DNA of 64,000 nucleotides from the human T2T-CHM13v2.0 reference genome, Homo sapiens (GCF_009914755.1 NC_060938.1); one strand, 5' to 3'; positions 17,340-30,621 are shown, counted from the first letter of the stretch. Notes: generated by a model from the sequence alone, not told the origin. Translations and numbers: made by a program.

Positions 17340-18720
17340 AGTGTTGGTCTCTATGCCTGTATTTAACAAGCTAGATGATTTGGCCACATCTTTCCATCAA
17401 CACAACTAAAAATATATAAAATATTTCAAGATTTTATTTTTTCAAACCACTGAGACAGTGTCAAAAATTACCAGGCAGTACTCTAAAAAAAAAGCAGGAA
17501 CTAATACAGCTAAAAAGACCACTGAAGATTTGCTGGATCTAATGAAACTGACTTCAGCTTTTGGTTGCAATTCAGGTCAAAGATGACAAGAATCAAAGCT
17601 GAAAGGTCAAAGTCTAACAGGCTACACTTTACCCCTGAAACTGAGGCCCTAAAAGACTATACTCTCATAACGAGGATGACACTAAACAAACCTGGCTCCC
17701 TGACATTGAAGTAGAACAGTGCATCTTAGAAATTGTAATCACAAACCTTGTACTTTACAAATGTAGTCAAGTTAGCATTTCCCTAATGTACTCAAAATTC
17801 TTAAACTAGAAATTCAGTTTAAATGATCCCAGAAACATGGTCTTCCCAGGTCCTCAGCAGAAACAACATAAATCATCCCTAGAAAAATACAGTCCATCCT
17901 TGACCTTAAGGAATTTGCATGAATAAATTCCTGAGAAAAATAATATATTAAAATAATAAATACACATAACAAGAAGGCATAATGAGTTAGAAATAAGCAA
18001 AAGCAGCAGACAGCAGAAATAGAAGCATACATCTTCAAATTCGGAAATAATCAGACACAGATTATAAACTAACAATGGTTGTATATTTAAAGGGGACGAA
18101 ATCAAATTTGAAAGTATTTCTAGAATAATAAGCTATAATATATGACCTGAAAACACAGTAATAAAAATTAAAAACCCAATGGACATGTTTAATAGCAGAT
18201 TGGACACAGACATAGAGACAATTAGTGAATTGGACAGCAAATCAGAAGAAATTATTCAAAAAAAGTACAGAGAAGCAAAAATAAGAAAAAAATATGAGAA
18301 AAGGTAAAAAACATGGAGGGAGAAAAGATTTAATGAATAATGTGGAAAGAGACAGCAGTAAAAATATAGCACAAAACAATATTTGATTACCTAATATCTA
18401 AAAATGTCATAGAGCTAATGAAAGTCACTAATGACAAATATACAGGTTTAGAGGACCCCAAGCATGAGCTATATAAAGAGAAATCTACACCTAGACATAC
18501 TGTTGTGAAACTACAGGTAGATAACAGCTGGGGTGGGGTGGGGAAGGAAATACAGATTAACTTTAAAAAACAGCAGCTGCATTCTCATCAGTGAAAGCTA
18601 AAGGACAGAGAAAGTAACTTTTTCAGTGTTCTGCGAGAAAATACTTATTAATGCATCATTCTATACCCAGCAAATATATCTTTCTTTTAGCATGAAGATG
18701 AAGTAAATCAATTCTCAGCC
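17340..18720 (+). mobile_element. Ancient L1M/HAL1 5' UTR and ORF1 remnant
   Basis: ORF1-type motifs ATTAGTGAATTGGACAG...TCAGAAGAAATTATTCAA, AAATCTACACCTAGACATA and ATTCTATACCCAGCAAA. Confidence 0.65.
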
Positions 18721-18739
18721 ACCATCCCCTACCACCACC

Positions 18740-18768
<29 letters not shown>
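18740..18768. repeat. Uninterrupted A29 tract
   Basis: Read directly from the sequence. Confidence 0.95.
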
Positions 18769-18771
<3 letters not shown>

Positions 18772-18813
18772 AAATGGTTGTATTCTTGTCTATGTAATAT
18801 TTATGTACACTTT

Positions 18814-19149
18814 TCCTATGGTTTGAATGTGTCTTCCAAGGTTCATGTGTTAGAAACTTAAGATGGTATCTTTAAGAGATGATTAGATTATGAGGGTTCT
18901 GCCCTCATGATTGCAGTGGTATCTTTATTGCAGGAGTGACATTGTTATAACAGTGAGATTGGCTCCTCCACTCTTTTCTTCCTCCTTCCACCATGGGATG
19001 GTAACAGCAATAAGGCCCTCACAAGATGTGAGTGCCTTGCTCTTGGACTTCCCATACTCTACAACTGTGAGTGAATCCATTTCTGTTCTTTATGAATTAC
19101 CCAGTCTCAGGGATTCTATACCTTTGGCAGCACAGAATGAAATAAGACA
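18814..19149 (+). mobile_element. MaLR solo LTR (MSTB/MSTC-like)
   Basis: CTATGGTTTGAATGTGTC...GTTCATGTGTT...AAGGCCCTCAC...TCTTGGACTTCCCA...AATTACCCAGTCTCAGG...TAAGACA. Confidence 0.8.
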
Positions 19150-21260
19150 GGTGTACTTTTTTTATTAGGAATGTATTTAAATTCCACTTTATTTAAATTC
19201 CGATATTACTCAAAGATTGTGGAAGTCTGTCTTTTATCATAGAAATTAGTGGAATATAATCATAGAACAGTAAGTTGGTGTTCTTTTCTAAGGAAAGCAA
19301 GATTCTAGAGCAGAGACCTAAAAATTTGTTACTTTTCCTGACACCTCTGTATCCCCATGGAGTGTTTCTCTAGTTCCTCTGGTTAGTTTGATAAGCTATT
19401 TTAAGAGTGATGGCAATTGAGTGAAGATCATGTTCTCATCCCCATGACAGCCAGTAAGCTTAGTGCTCTTTCATGGCCATAGGCCATCACTCAATAATAG
19501 CTAAAACATATTACCCAACAGAGAGCAAGGGATGGAAATGTAAACAGATTAGAATGAACATGTAACCTATCCACCATAGCAAAATCTTCTTAAAGAGCTT
19601 AAAGTGCTGATGGTAAAGAAGTATTTATACTATATTAGATCAAGGGACCATGAGGTAAATGCCAGCGTCATAGTGTAAGTTAGAAGACCAAGCTTTTTCT
19701 GGTGTTAGATGATTTTTGGACAAATTTGTCTTCAGTTTTCCCATTCAGCACTCCAAAATTGACTTGTAAATAGCAACTCTTCTGTAGCACCTTCAGGTTA
19801 TTTCAGATAGGAGTTTCTGGTGCTATACACAGTATTAAATGCATCCTACAGAGTTTGAAAGTGAATCAAATACAGTAATGAGGAAAGGGGGGAAGTCTAT
19901 GAGTTTCAGAGGTTTCCTCGGAGACTTGTAAAATATGCATTAGAAGTAAGCAATTTAAGCACCATGAATTTTATTACTAGCCCAAAAGTTACCCTGAGTC
20001 TTATATTTTAGCTGATTTACATTCATGCTGTCTTCAGGGTACAATAATGAGTTCGGTCTTGCTTATATCTGAGTTCAGTTTGTAAGGCAAACTCAGGAAA
20101 AGTGCTTAAGTAATACAAGCAGAACCCTAAATTATTGTTTTATAATTTGTCCTCTCCTTCTAAAGAAAAATGATTGGTCAAAAGTAATATTTTTATAAAA
20201 TTTTCCAAAACTGTTATCCTCCTATTAAATTTATTAAATTCTGGTTTATTCTCCTTCTTCATTTTTATCACACATATCTTTTACCATCTTTTACTTTCCC
20301 AGATAATCAAACAATGCCAATTGGTTACACTGCATTTACTTATTTTTATTTTGTCTATATCTTTATGTGTACATATTCTATGTATGTAGGTATATATGTA
20401 TGTATGTATGTATCTATCTATCATCTATCTTCCTTAAGATACCTTTATAATACCATTACTTATAGTAAAGAGTTTATGAAACATTCAAACATAGTCATTG
20501 ATATTATATTGTGAAAAGTTTAAATTAGTGCCTTGGTGAATCATATGCATTATTTATGTTTTTTTCACCTATTTCTAAGAAGAATATCAAACAAAACAAG
20601 AATGTCAATATTTCTGAGAGTAAATTCTTCTATTTTACCAAATTCCTCTTCTCTCTATGGCCAACATATATTCCAATCACATACAAAGCAAAAACAAACC
20701 CAAAATCTCTGCAAAACTGTCTTTGTTTCCTTACAAGAAGAGATAATAAATACTGTCGATGTTATGTGGAGCCTCCAATTTGTAATTGCTCAATTGTCAC
20801 TCTTCTTTTTACTCAGCTATTAAAAGTAATAGCTTACTTTTTCAATCTCAAGTCCTGTAACAAACAATAATATTCTGATTTACATTGTGGTGCATCTCAA
20901 ATTGTTTTAAAATCTGAACTAAAATTACCTTGAATATTTTGTGTTGGACTTCTATTACTAGCCATGTAATACTATTCTAAATACCTGGGGGGTAGACCAG
21001 GAGAACAGGCCCAAGAGGAGTCATTTAAATATCAATGGTGAGACAGAAGCACAATTCAAAAAATTCATAATTAAGGCAGTATTTTCCTTTTGATAGTATG
21101 TATATTGGCATAATGTTGTTTTGAATTTTATTGGAAATATTTGAAAATAATACATAAAGTATGTAATGTCAGTCTAGTTAAAACTTGTATTTTTGTGGTA
21201 TATCCCTCAATCTGATTTTTCCAACTGATTTGATAATGTTCAAAAAGCCAACATTTAAGA

Positions 21261-21318
21261 TTCTGTTTCTCCAAAGAATATAAATAATATTCTCTTTCTC
21301 CAAAGAATATAAATAATA
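21261..21318. repeat. 29-bp tandem duplication (one mismatch)
   Basis: TTCTGTTTCTCCAAAGAATATAAATAATA followed by TTCTCTTTCTCCAAAGAATATAAATAATA. Confidence 0.95.
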
Positions 21319-21404
21319 ATGTCATTATAATCCCACAAAACTAGTAGAAATAATTGTACAATGATTTAATGAAATCTCCCCTGTGGCTGATGTTCAGCAT
21401 TAAA

Positions 21405-21650
21405 ATGTCACTATTAGTTGAATGCTTACCCTTACCAAGTATTCTAGTAAGCACTTTATATGCATTATCTTATTTACTGTCAATCATCCCAGTAGTACCA
21501 TTAATATATCTTTTGTGTTAATAAGGAAAATTCTATTTAGAGTGGTTAAAGACCTTGTGTCAGCTGCTTAGCACTGGAGACTCTAAGTTCACTGGAATGA
21601 ACTCTATTTTGTTTGATTCCAGAGTCTGTGTTCTTACGCTATAAATTATT
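21405..21650 (-). mobile_element. MIR
   Basis: TTGAATGCTTAC...TAAGCACTTTATATGCATTATCTTATTTA...GTTTGATTCCAGAGTCTGTGTTCTTA. Confidence 0.65.
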
Positions 21651-21764
21651 CTCTCTTTCAAGATGCTATTGAGATCCTGGAATTGGTTTATATATTTGAT
21701 CTGAATAGGACAATCTGAATTTTTAATCATTTAATATTAAGTATAAAGTGAATTTTCTTTTTAC

Positions 21765-22100
21765 ATGACTGTAATTTCTCAAAGTGAATTCTCTTCTTCT
21801 CCTCTGATATTATGCTGTGTTCACCCCATCTTTAATCATAATATGTTTGGTTGGCTTCTTAGCAATTGTCAGCATCTTTGCCACATGTTTGGAGGCCTGA
21901 TATCAGTTTGTCACCATGTACTGTATTTTTCCTGTCTGGTTGGGAGCAGAGAGCAGGTGCTTGGAAATCCTGCTCTCATCCATTCTCCACACATGACTGG
22001 TCTATGTTCAGCTGAATTATGGTGAATATCACTTGAGAACTGCTGTAGTAACTGCACTTCAAGACCTGCCTGTAATCTTGCCCTGCTATTTGATATTCAT
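21765..22100 (-). mobile_element. RTE-clade LINE fossil (L4/MamRTE1-like), C-terminal part of the RT ORF
   Basis: Minus-strand translation of 21945-22014, allowing frameshifts, gives QL...SHVWRMDESRI(P)KHLL. This matches the RTE C-terminal motif LRWAGHVxRMDDxRIPKQLL. Confidence 0.65.
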
Positions 22101-22357
22101 TCAGCAAAGCACATAAATGAAATTATTAAAACTATTTAAGGACTCAGATATGCTCATATCATCTTCAAGACTTATCATCTTATTATAATACATGAGAAAT
22201 CAGCGTAATTCTGAAGAAGTTAAGCTTGACCCAGAGTTTGGAACACAATTGAAATACCTAATTGATGGTTTGTTATTAAACTATCAATTAAATGTATTTT
22301 TACATTTAATTTTCAATGTTGTTGATCTGCTGGTTTACAATTGGGAAACTCACTCAA

Positions 22358-22790
22358 AAGAGAAATGAAATTCAAAACTATAATGATCTATCATCTTACA
22401 CTAGTTAAAGTGGCTTTTTTCAAAGAGATAGGTAATAATGGATGCTGGCCGGGATATGGAGAAAGGGGAATCCTTGTACACTGTTGGTGGGAATGTAAAT
22501 TAATATAGCCACTATGGAGAATAGTATGGAGGTTCCTTACAAATCGCAAAATAATACTATCATATAATCCAGCAATCCCACTGCTGGGTATATATCCATA
22601 ATAAAGAAAATTAGTCTATTGAAGAGATATCTGCACTGCCATGTTTATTGCAGCACTGTTCACAATAGCCAACATACGGAATCACCCTAAGTATCTACCA
22701 ACAGATGAATGGATAAAGAAAGTACGGTACATATACACAATGAGATATTATTCAACCGTAAAAAATAATGAAATCTTGCCATTTGCAACT
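22358..22790 (+). mobile_element. L1MA-like ORF2 3' fragment
   Basis: GGAGAAAGGGGAATCCTTGTACACTGTTGGTGGGAATGTAAAT and GAGATATCTGCACT...ATGTTTATTGCAGCACTGTTCACAATAGCC. Confidence 0.88.
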
Positions 22791-23588
22791 TAGATTGAAA
22801 TTGAACACAAAGGTTTATGTAAACAGATACTCATGTAAACAAACTTTCAAAAGACAATTTTTGTTAATGCAAATATTTACATTAAACCAATCAATAATAA
22901 AAGTTTGCCTTGCTTTAGCAAATGTTTTAAATAAAAATTAAGATGTAAAAATATGAATAAGAGAAGCCCTAATCACTGGAAAATAATTATGTGTAAAAAT
23001 TTTTAAAGATACATGTGAACACTTAAATGACTTAGTTGAAATAGATTTACAACTGTCTTGTATTACATACCTATTTTATACCGCAAGCGTACCTATATGT
23101 AGATTCTGGAAACCTCATGCCGAGGTAGAGATTTTAAGATTAATAGCAAAGCTCCAGATATAGGTAGATTTTCATATATTTCAAAGGCATGTATGCTCTG
23201 ATACAAAATACGTTATTAGAGGAAAGCTTGCTTAAACTGTATAAGAGAGAAGCTTTTCTTGTTTCTAAGCACAGGTTTGAATTTTCTTCTGTTCATTTAT
23301 TTCCCAGCAGGTGTCTCTATTCAGCAGCGATATTCAGAAAGCACAAGAAGACAAGAACTAATTATATAAAAAAGAAAATGTAGCAAGGAGAGAAATGAAC
23401 TGGTCATAGAGTATATCTATGTTGACAATATGAAGTCAAACTAAAAATATATACTCTCCATAAATAGTTGTATAGCATATTTTATTTTCTTCTTGATTTT
23501 ATTTGTTTAAACAACTTTTTGAAAAGAGTCCTAGGAAAAGCTTTTAAAACAGTTTGTACTATATACAACCTATATAGGTTGGTTTTTT

Positions 23589-23636
23589 ATATATATATAT
23601 ATATGTGCAGATATATATATATATATATATTTATAT
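23589..23636. repeat. Interrupted (AT)n microsatellite
   Basis: Two (AT)n runs separated by GTGCAG. Confidence 0.9.
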
Positions 23637-24252
23637 GTGCAGATTGGACCAAATACAAACCTCTAACAGTATCAGTTTACTCATTGCCATCTTGATCTGA
23701 TAACTTCAGCATTTCAGATGAAACTTAAAGGAAGTAGAACTGATCTGTGCTATAATCATCAACAATGATTTAAAGGTGATAGTAGACAGTAAGATATTAA
23801 AAAGCAGAAAGATAGTGTAAAATAATATCACTCAAAGATGTAAATTATCCAGCTTTCCTTGATCAATGCATTACAAAAGTCACTATTTTCATTTAGAATG
23901 AGATGCAAAGGAGTGAATATTTTTAATGCTTAATTGTCAATACATAAGCTTTTTAATCAAACAAAATTTATGCTTTGATGGATCCCAGTTGAATTTCTAC
24001 CCTAAAATAGATTAAATAAAACATTTCAACTTTACAGATTAAAGGAATTGAACTCATGCCTTTTTTATTGTAATTGCAGATTTAATGCATCACAACATTC
24101 TGAGATGAAAACACGAAATCAATACATGCTTAAAACTTAATAGCGTTAACTGAATTGCTTCTAAGTTAAACTTAAGTTTTAACATGTAGAGTTCTTATTT
24201 CCCAAACAATAAACATTCACCCAGTTTAAAAACACATGAAAACTATAAATTT

Positions 24253-24368
24253 GTAAATATAAATATAAAATGATATATAAATATATAAATATATTTATAT
24301 ATATATAAATATAAATATATTTATATATAAATATAAATATAAATATAAATGATAAAATATAAATATAA
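24253..24368. repeat. Almost pure A/T low-complexity (AAATAT)n-like array
   Basis: About 115 bp of A/T with very few G; recurring AAATAT hexamer. Confidence 0.9.
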
Positions 24369-24706
24369 GAATATATTCCACAAAATGGTTAAAGACAGAA
24401 AAAAATTCTAGCTGGATGGATCTCAAAGACAGTTTGCTCAACTTTTACATCTATTGGATTTTTTAGGACGTTAATAGAAATTTATAAAATCTTAGAACTA
24501 AGTATGTCACAAAAATGTATGTGTATTTTGGCCAATTATAGAGAGGCTATGGAATAATTGTACTCAATGAGGTCCCAATTTTCCTTTCACTCTGATGTTA
24601 TATTTCTTTTATCTTATGTTTATTTTAAAAAATTAATACGTTAATCTGAAGGGCCACTAAATAAATCTTCCAGGCTTCCACGATACTTTCAGAAATGGAT
24701 TGAACT

Positions 24707-25061
<355 letters not shown>

Positions 25062-25394
25062 TCAAATTATCAGATAATATTTTCTGGTTTAAGATGAACA
25101 GAAAATACACTTGTCAATGTTTTCTCACAGTCTTTTTTTTAAGTAACAAAAACAAAATTATAAGAACAAATTAATGATAAAAAAAAAGAAAGAAAGGAGG
25201 TAGTGAGAGGCCACAAAAATGGAGAATTCCCAGTAAAGGAGAATGAGTACATCTTTAAAGAGAAATCAGAGTTGATAGGGTATATCCCAAGAATAAACAT
25301 GGTTTTGTCCAAGGAGCCAAGAAGAAGCTCCAGGTTCTAAATCCACAAATTAAAAGAAAAGGAATGTGTCATGGGGCAACAAAAATGGGCTACT

Positions 25395-25485
25395 GAAATG
25401 TAAATCCATGAGAGCAGGGGTTTCATTGGTCTTGTTTGCTGCTGGAACTGACATAGAATTTTGCCTGGCAATAAAGAGTTCAGTA
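25395..25485 (+). mobile_element. L2 3' end fragment
   Basis: AATGTAAATCCATGAGAGCAGGGG...TCTTGTTTGCTGCTG...TGCCTGGCA. Confidence 0.55.
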
Positions 25486-25650
25486 CAGCATACAGAAATT
25501 TACTACCAGTAGAGTAAGGAGATCTGTCATTGTTTTATAGTTATTTTTTCCTCTTTATGGCTAACCAAGATACGGAGTTAGAATAAGCTCAGCTTTGTTG
25601 CACTCTCAGGCTTTATTTTCTGCTGTGGGAAGCTTCCAAAGGCATAAGAC

Positions 25651-25915
25651 CAGTGGTGTGCTGGAGCTGCCTTCTACGGTCTATTAAAAGCCAGCTATTA
25701 AATTTTTAGGAATTTTGCAAGACAGGTTTTAAATGCACATATCAGTTTTTAAAAAATCTACAAAATAAATCTATACTTCCATATCTTCCATATATTATAA
25801 TAAAAACATGCAATATATACTCAATATTCATTACTTTCTAATTATTCCACCATATTTTAATGCTATTGATGATCTTGTGGTTATTTACATCTGCGTGGGT
25901 GATGGAAAAGCTATC
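25651..25915 (+). mobile_element. MER63-like hAT DNA transposon (left part)
   Basis: Terminus CAGTGGTGTGCTGGAGC, then TTAAATTTTTAGGAATTTTGCAAG. Confidence 0.75.
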
Positions 25916-26155
25916 CAGTTGTCCCTCATTATCCCTGGAGATAATTGGTTCCAGGATCACTCCCACTAAAACAGAATCCATGAATGCTCAAGTCCCTGAT
26001 TTAAAATGGCATATTACTTACATGTAACTTATCAATATCCTCCCGTATACTTTAAATCCTCTCTAGAATACTTACAATACTTAATACAATGTACATGCTA
26101 TGTAAATAATTGTTATGCTTTATTATCTTTTTACTTGTATTATTTTTATTGTATG
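25916..26155 (+). mobile_element. MER2 (Tigger-family MITE), right end missing
   Basis: CAGTTGTCCCTC...TTGGTTCCAGGA...ATGCTCAAGTCCCT...TCCTCCCGTATACTTTAAATC. Confidence 0.85.
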
Positions 26156-26299
26156 TATATTGAGTTTATTAGAATATTTTTGATCAGCAGAGGGCTTTTT
26201 TATTGTTGTTCTTTCTGGATATGCATGTGTACATACATGTTTTTCCACCTGCTCTACCATATGGAAATAGTTTGCTGACATTCTTCTAGATAGCCTCCA

Positions 26300-26780
26300 A
26301 AACCCAACCAATAAATTTAGCCCATATTATACACAGCAGAAAACAATAGAATTTATTTGTGCTTGCGGCACCCATATACATGGAAGAACTCAATGATGAG
26401 TGACTCAAAAGAAGTAATTAGAATTTGGAGCTTATAGATAATACAATTTTAATAGGTGAAAGGGAGAGAGAGAAAGGCACCTAGGGAAAACAGATGACTT
26501 TTTGGAAAGATAAATGGGCTTTCAGAAGAAAAAACAGGAGATAAAGTTTGTGATAATGTTTGTCTATATAGTTATGAATGTTTTTTCCTGTTTCCTTCAG
26601 GGCCATAATACTCCCCTGGAGAAGGGGTTTGAGGTAGGTTTTATTTACATTTTCCCTTCTGGGATTAGATCTACCCTGAAGTGCAATTTATAGCAGCCTT
26701 ATTTCCCATAAGTTTCTACTTTTACTCAGATAAAGAAAGCTCTAGGAAGGCTTTTTTTTTTTTTTCTGCATCTGTTGAAA
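26300..26780 (-). mobile_element. ERV1/MER4-group LTR fragment (subfamily uncertain)
   Basis: GAACTCAATGATGAGTGACTCAAA...TTAGAATTTGG...GATGACTTTTTGGAAAGATAAATGGG...TTCTGCATCTGTTG resemble antisense MER4-group LTRs. Confidence 0.55.
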
Positions 26781-27199
26781 AGTTTTAAATAGTTTACTTA
26801 GATACATTTATTAGATTTGAATGAAAAGGTTGGTGTACTTTACTTTTCAAAGTATATACCAATTTTACAATTCTTTCTTCTTTACAGTAAACCTCATTTT
26901 TGACAAGTGGTTGGCTGTCTTAGCTTAACTTGAGATATGAAAATATAGGTAGAACATTTTTCTAGCAATCATCTACAAAGATGAAAATTTCCCTCTCAGA
27001 TAGGCACTTGAACTTTTTCTTAATAATATAAGTACTTTATTGGAGAGTATGTGAACCCTCTTTTCTCAATAGATGGTCTTGTTAAATATATTTTTTAAAT
27101 ATGACAACAAAAGAACACAAGAAACTTTGATAAATTTTATTTTATAAAAACAAGAGTATTTGTTCTGCAAACACAATGTTAAGAAAAGAAAGAAACTGC

Positions 27200-28330
27200 A
27201 GACTGGATTAATATGTGCAAAACAGGTAACTAATACAGACTTGTATTTACAATGTAAAAAGAATCTGAAATACTTAATATGAATATATATATTTTTGAGA
27301 CAGAGTCTCACGTTGTAACCCAGGCTGGAATACAGTGGCACCATTTTGGCTCACTGCAGCCTCAACTTCCTGGCTCAGGTGATCCTCCTACCTCAGCCTC
27401 TCAAGTGTCTGGGACTATAGGCGTGTGCCACCATGCCCAGCTAATTTTTTGTATTTTCTGTAGAGATGGGGTTTTGCTGTGTTCCTCAGGCTGGTCTAGA
27501 ATTCCTAGGCTCAATTGATTTGCCCACCTCGGTCTCCTAAAGTGCTGGGATTATAGGTGTGCACCCACCCTTAATAAGACTAATTTTAAGAAAACAAACA
27601 ACCAAATAGAAAATGAGGAAAGGATTTGACAGGTATTTCACCAAACATATATGGATGATAAATATGCATAATAAGAGTCTCAAAATCAGTAGTCATTAGG
27701 GAAATACTAATTGAAACCATGAGATACCATAGGTTGTTTGCAAGAATAAACGTGATATACCATTTGTGAAAATAAATTAGAAATTTCTTATAAAGTTAAA
27801 CATAAGCCCATGACTCAGTAATCCTACTCACAGTATTTAACCAAGGTAAATGAAGACTTAGGTTCATACAAAAACTTGTATGGAAAGGTTTATAATGGTC
27901 TTATTTATTATTGTCAAAAACTGGGAAAACCTAAACATCCTTCATTGGTTAATGGATAAATAGTGACATATACATCCAATGAAATACTAGTCAGCAATAG
28001 AAAAACCTGATTAATAATATACACACAACATGGATGAATCTCAAATGCATGTGCTAAGTAACAAGAGGCAGAGAGAAAAAATTTTATATGGTATGTTTCT
28101 ATCTAATGACATTCTGGAAAAGTAAAATATAGGAACAGAAAGCACATTAGTGTTTGCTATGGGCTGGGCGGGCAGGAGGTGTTGACTATAAAGTGCAGCA
28201 ACAGGGGTTATTTGGGGGGTGATGAACTATTTTGCAGTTTGATTGTGGTCATGGTTTTATATGACTGTAAGCATTTATCAAATTTGACAGGGTGGTACAT
28301 CAAAAAGTAAAATTTATGTGAATTTGAAAA
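27200..28330 (+). mobile_element. L1ME/L1MC 3' fragment, interrupted by AluJ
   Basis: TAGTCATTAGGGAAAT, ACAACATGGATGAATCTCAAATGC and TGACATTCTGGAAAAG. Confidence 0.7.
27292..27568 (-). mobile_element. AluJ
   Basis: GCTCACTGCAGCCTCAACTTCCTGGCTCAGGTGATCCTCC. CTTAATA on both flanks is a possible TSD remnant. Confidence 0.92.
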
Positions 28331-28449
28331 GTGAATAATAATAACAATGACAACATTAATCATAAAATCCTAGATGAGTAACAATGCCAAAAAAGTGATA
28401 TAAAGACGAGAAGAACTTACAGCATTAGCACAAAACATTTTTTAAAAAT

Positions 28450-28735
28450 TTAGGTCTCAGCTTCATTGTTATCTCCTCAGAAAAGTTTTTCCCTGACCAT
28501 TGAGTATGAAGTATCTACTCGTCATTCTCAATCACAGCATCTTAATTTAATTATCTCCCTTGCACTTAATTCTAATCCAATGTTTTCTCATTTATTTAAG
28601 TTTTTATTATTTTTTGTTGTTTGTATTCCTGTGTTAAAATGTAATCTTGTTTTCTGTAATGCTCACAACTGTGAGCTGAGGACGTCGAATAATTCCTGGC
28701 ATGAAGGATTACTTGATGCACATTGGTTAAATGGG
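28450..28735 (+). mobile_element. L2 3' fragment
   Basis: TTTAGGTCTCAGCTT...ATCTCCTCAGAAAAG...CCCTGACCA...CCTGGCA. Confidence 0.55.
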
Positions 28736-30516
28736 GATAATGTCATTAGTCTTTGAACTGCAATGTAGGAGTTCCAAGTTTTTAAATAAGATTAACATGT
28801 CATATAATAAAAAACATTGATCAAAATTGAAATACCAAACAAAAGTCTCTGAAAAGCCACAAGTATTCAATAAATATCAATTTCTTACTAATATGAGTTG
28901 GGAAGTAAAACAATAAGGGCTAAAACTGACTAAAATATTTAGGTAGTATCTTTGGAAAAATAGGTAAAAACATATAAAGTATAAAAATGTTTTGAACTAA
29001 AAGAAAACTGTTTAATATAAAATCATATATAAGAAGAAAGAAAGAAAAGGCTGTGATTTTTTGCATAATTTGGATAAGAAACTCATCATATAGTTTTCAC
29101 ATTCTTAGAAGAAAAGTGAATAGCTTCAAGATGGCACCAAGAAAGAACTGCACAGATGCCAAATATACAGCTTAGGACACAATCAACTCCTTGCATTAAA
29201 ACGACATGCCATCATAAGTTGGTTGCAAATTCCTGATTTGGGCAAAAGAATGGATGGCAATATAGAATCCCCCAGTTATGAGTTACTCATTAATTTATTA
29301 ACTTGTAAGATTAAAATTAAGAAGCAGGACTCAAAAATGTTGTGTTTAGGTTTTTGTCTTAGTATACAAATTTAAGCTTGCTTGTTTGAGAACATCTGTT
29401 GTTTTATATATGGACTTTTTTTCTCAATTACCTATCTGTATCAGTCTAACTGTGAATAAGTTGTAGAGAACAGATTGATGTTGCTTCGACCTCTTTACCT
29501 AACAATATGACTGCAAAGACTAATTATTAGATGGGAAAGCTGACAGTTTATTCTCTGGAAGGGCTGGTGATTGGGATTGTAATGATCTTGAAAGATATTG
29601 TTGCAACTGTACCACTTCCACTGTTCCTACTATTCCTTTTTGCCTCAGATGAGGTGGCTCTGAGATAGGAGTTACAGCAAGGAAGTGTTAACATGATTAT
29701 TATTACTAAGTTACTTAGCTGAATATGAAAAATGACCCACTGAGGATTTTTATATCTTCTAAGATCTGAGTGAGCCAAAAGGTAATCAAGAACACCCTGC
29801 ACTGATGTAGAATATGGCCTGCTTTAAGTCCACTTTAAATAGCTATTCATTTTCTCATCCTTTCATTTATCCAGAGGCACTTATGGAATATCCGTGGTGT
29901 AACTGACCTTGTTCTAGGTACTTGTTCCCTGTTTTGAGACATCTCCTGGAGATCAAGGTCTTTGGAAATGTGGCACTGCTCTTGCTACTTCATTGTTCTA
30001 TTCTTGATGTGACATTTTTGACAAAATTTTAAATATTCATTTCTAAAAGATATAATAATTTTGTGGTAAATGAAAATAATATGAAAGCCTTTGCAAAATA
30101 CTAAGGTCAGTGGTTTTTCTATGTAAAAAATAAAATCATAACTTAGGGGTGGGATAGACAAGGTTCCCCAAAGAAAGTACACATGCTGAACTGTTAAGAT
30201 GTTTGAAATAAGAAATCTCACTAGCAGTAAGCTGGAAAGAGTAGCGATACTATCTGAATATAGATTGGAACTATTTTAGAATACAGGGTAAAGAATACGG
30301 TTTCTTAAAGAAAGAGATTGGTCTTTATATGTTTGTATTTCAAAACGTCAAGCTTAATAAAGAACCAAAACTAGTCCCATTGAGGAATAAGAAGTTGTCT
30401 GTTATTTTGCCAGTATTCTAATTATTATATCTATTATATCCAAAAATCACATGATATCTGTACAAAAGAAAAGAAAAAGACAATGAACAATACCTGAACT
30501 ACAATTCTACATGTCT

Positions 30517-30621
30517 TTATATATATATATGTATATATATAAATAACAATTTTCTCTCTATAGATTACAATTCTACATGTTTGTATATATGCAAATATAT
30601 ATACATATATGTTTTATATAT

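Noticed and set aside
18530-18547. G-rich run GGGGTGGGGTGGGGAAGG
   Set aside because: Only three full G-tracts, so not a canonical intramolecular G4.
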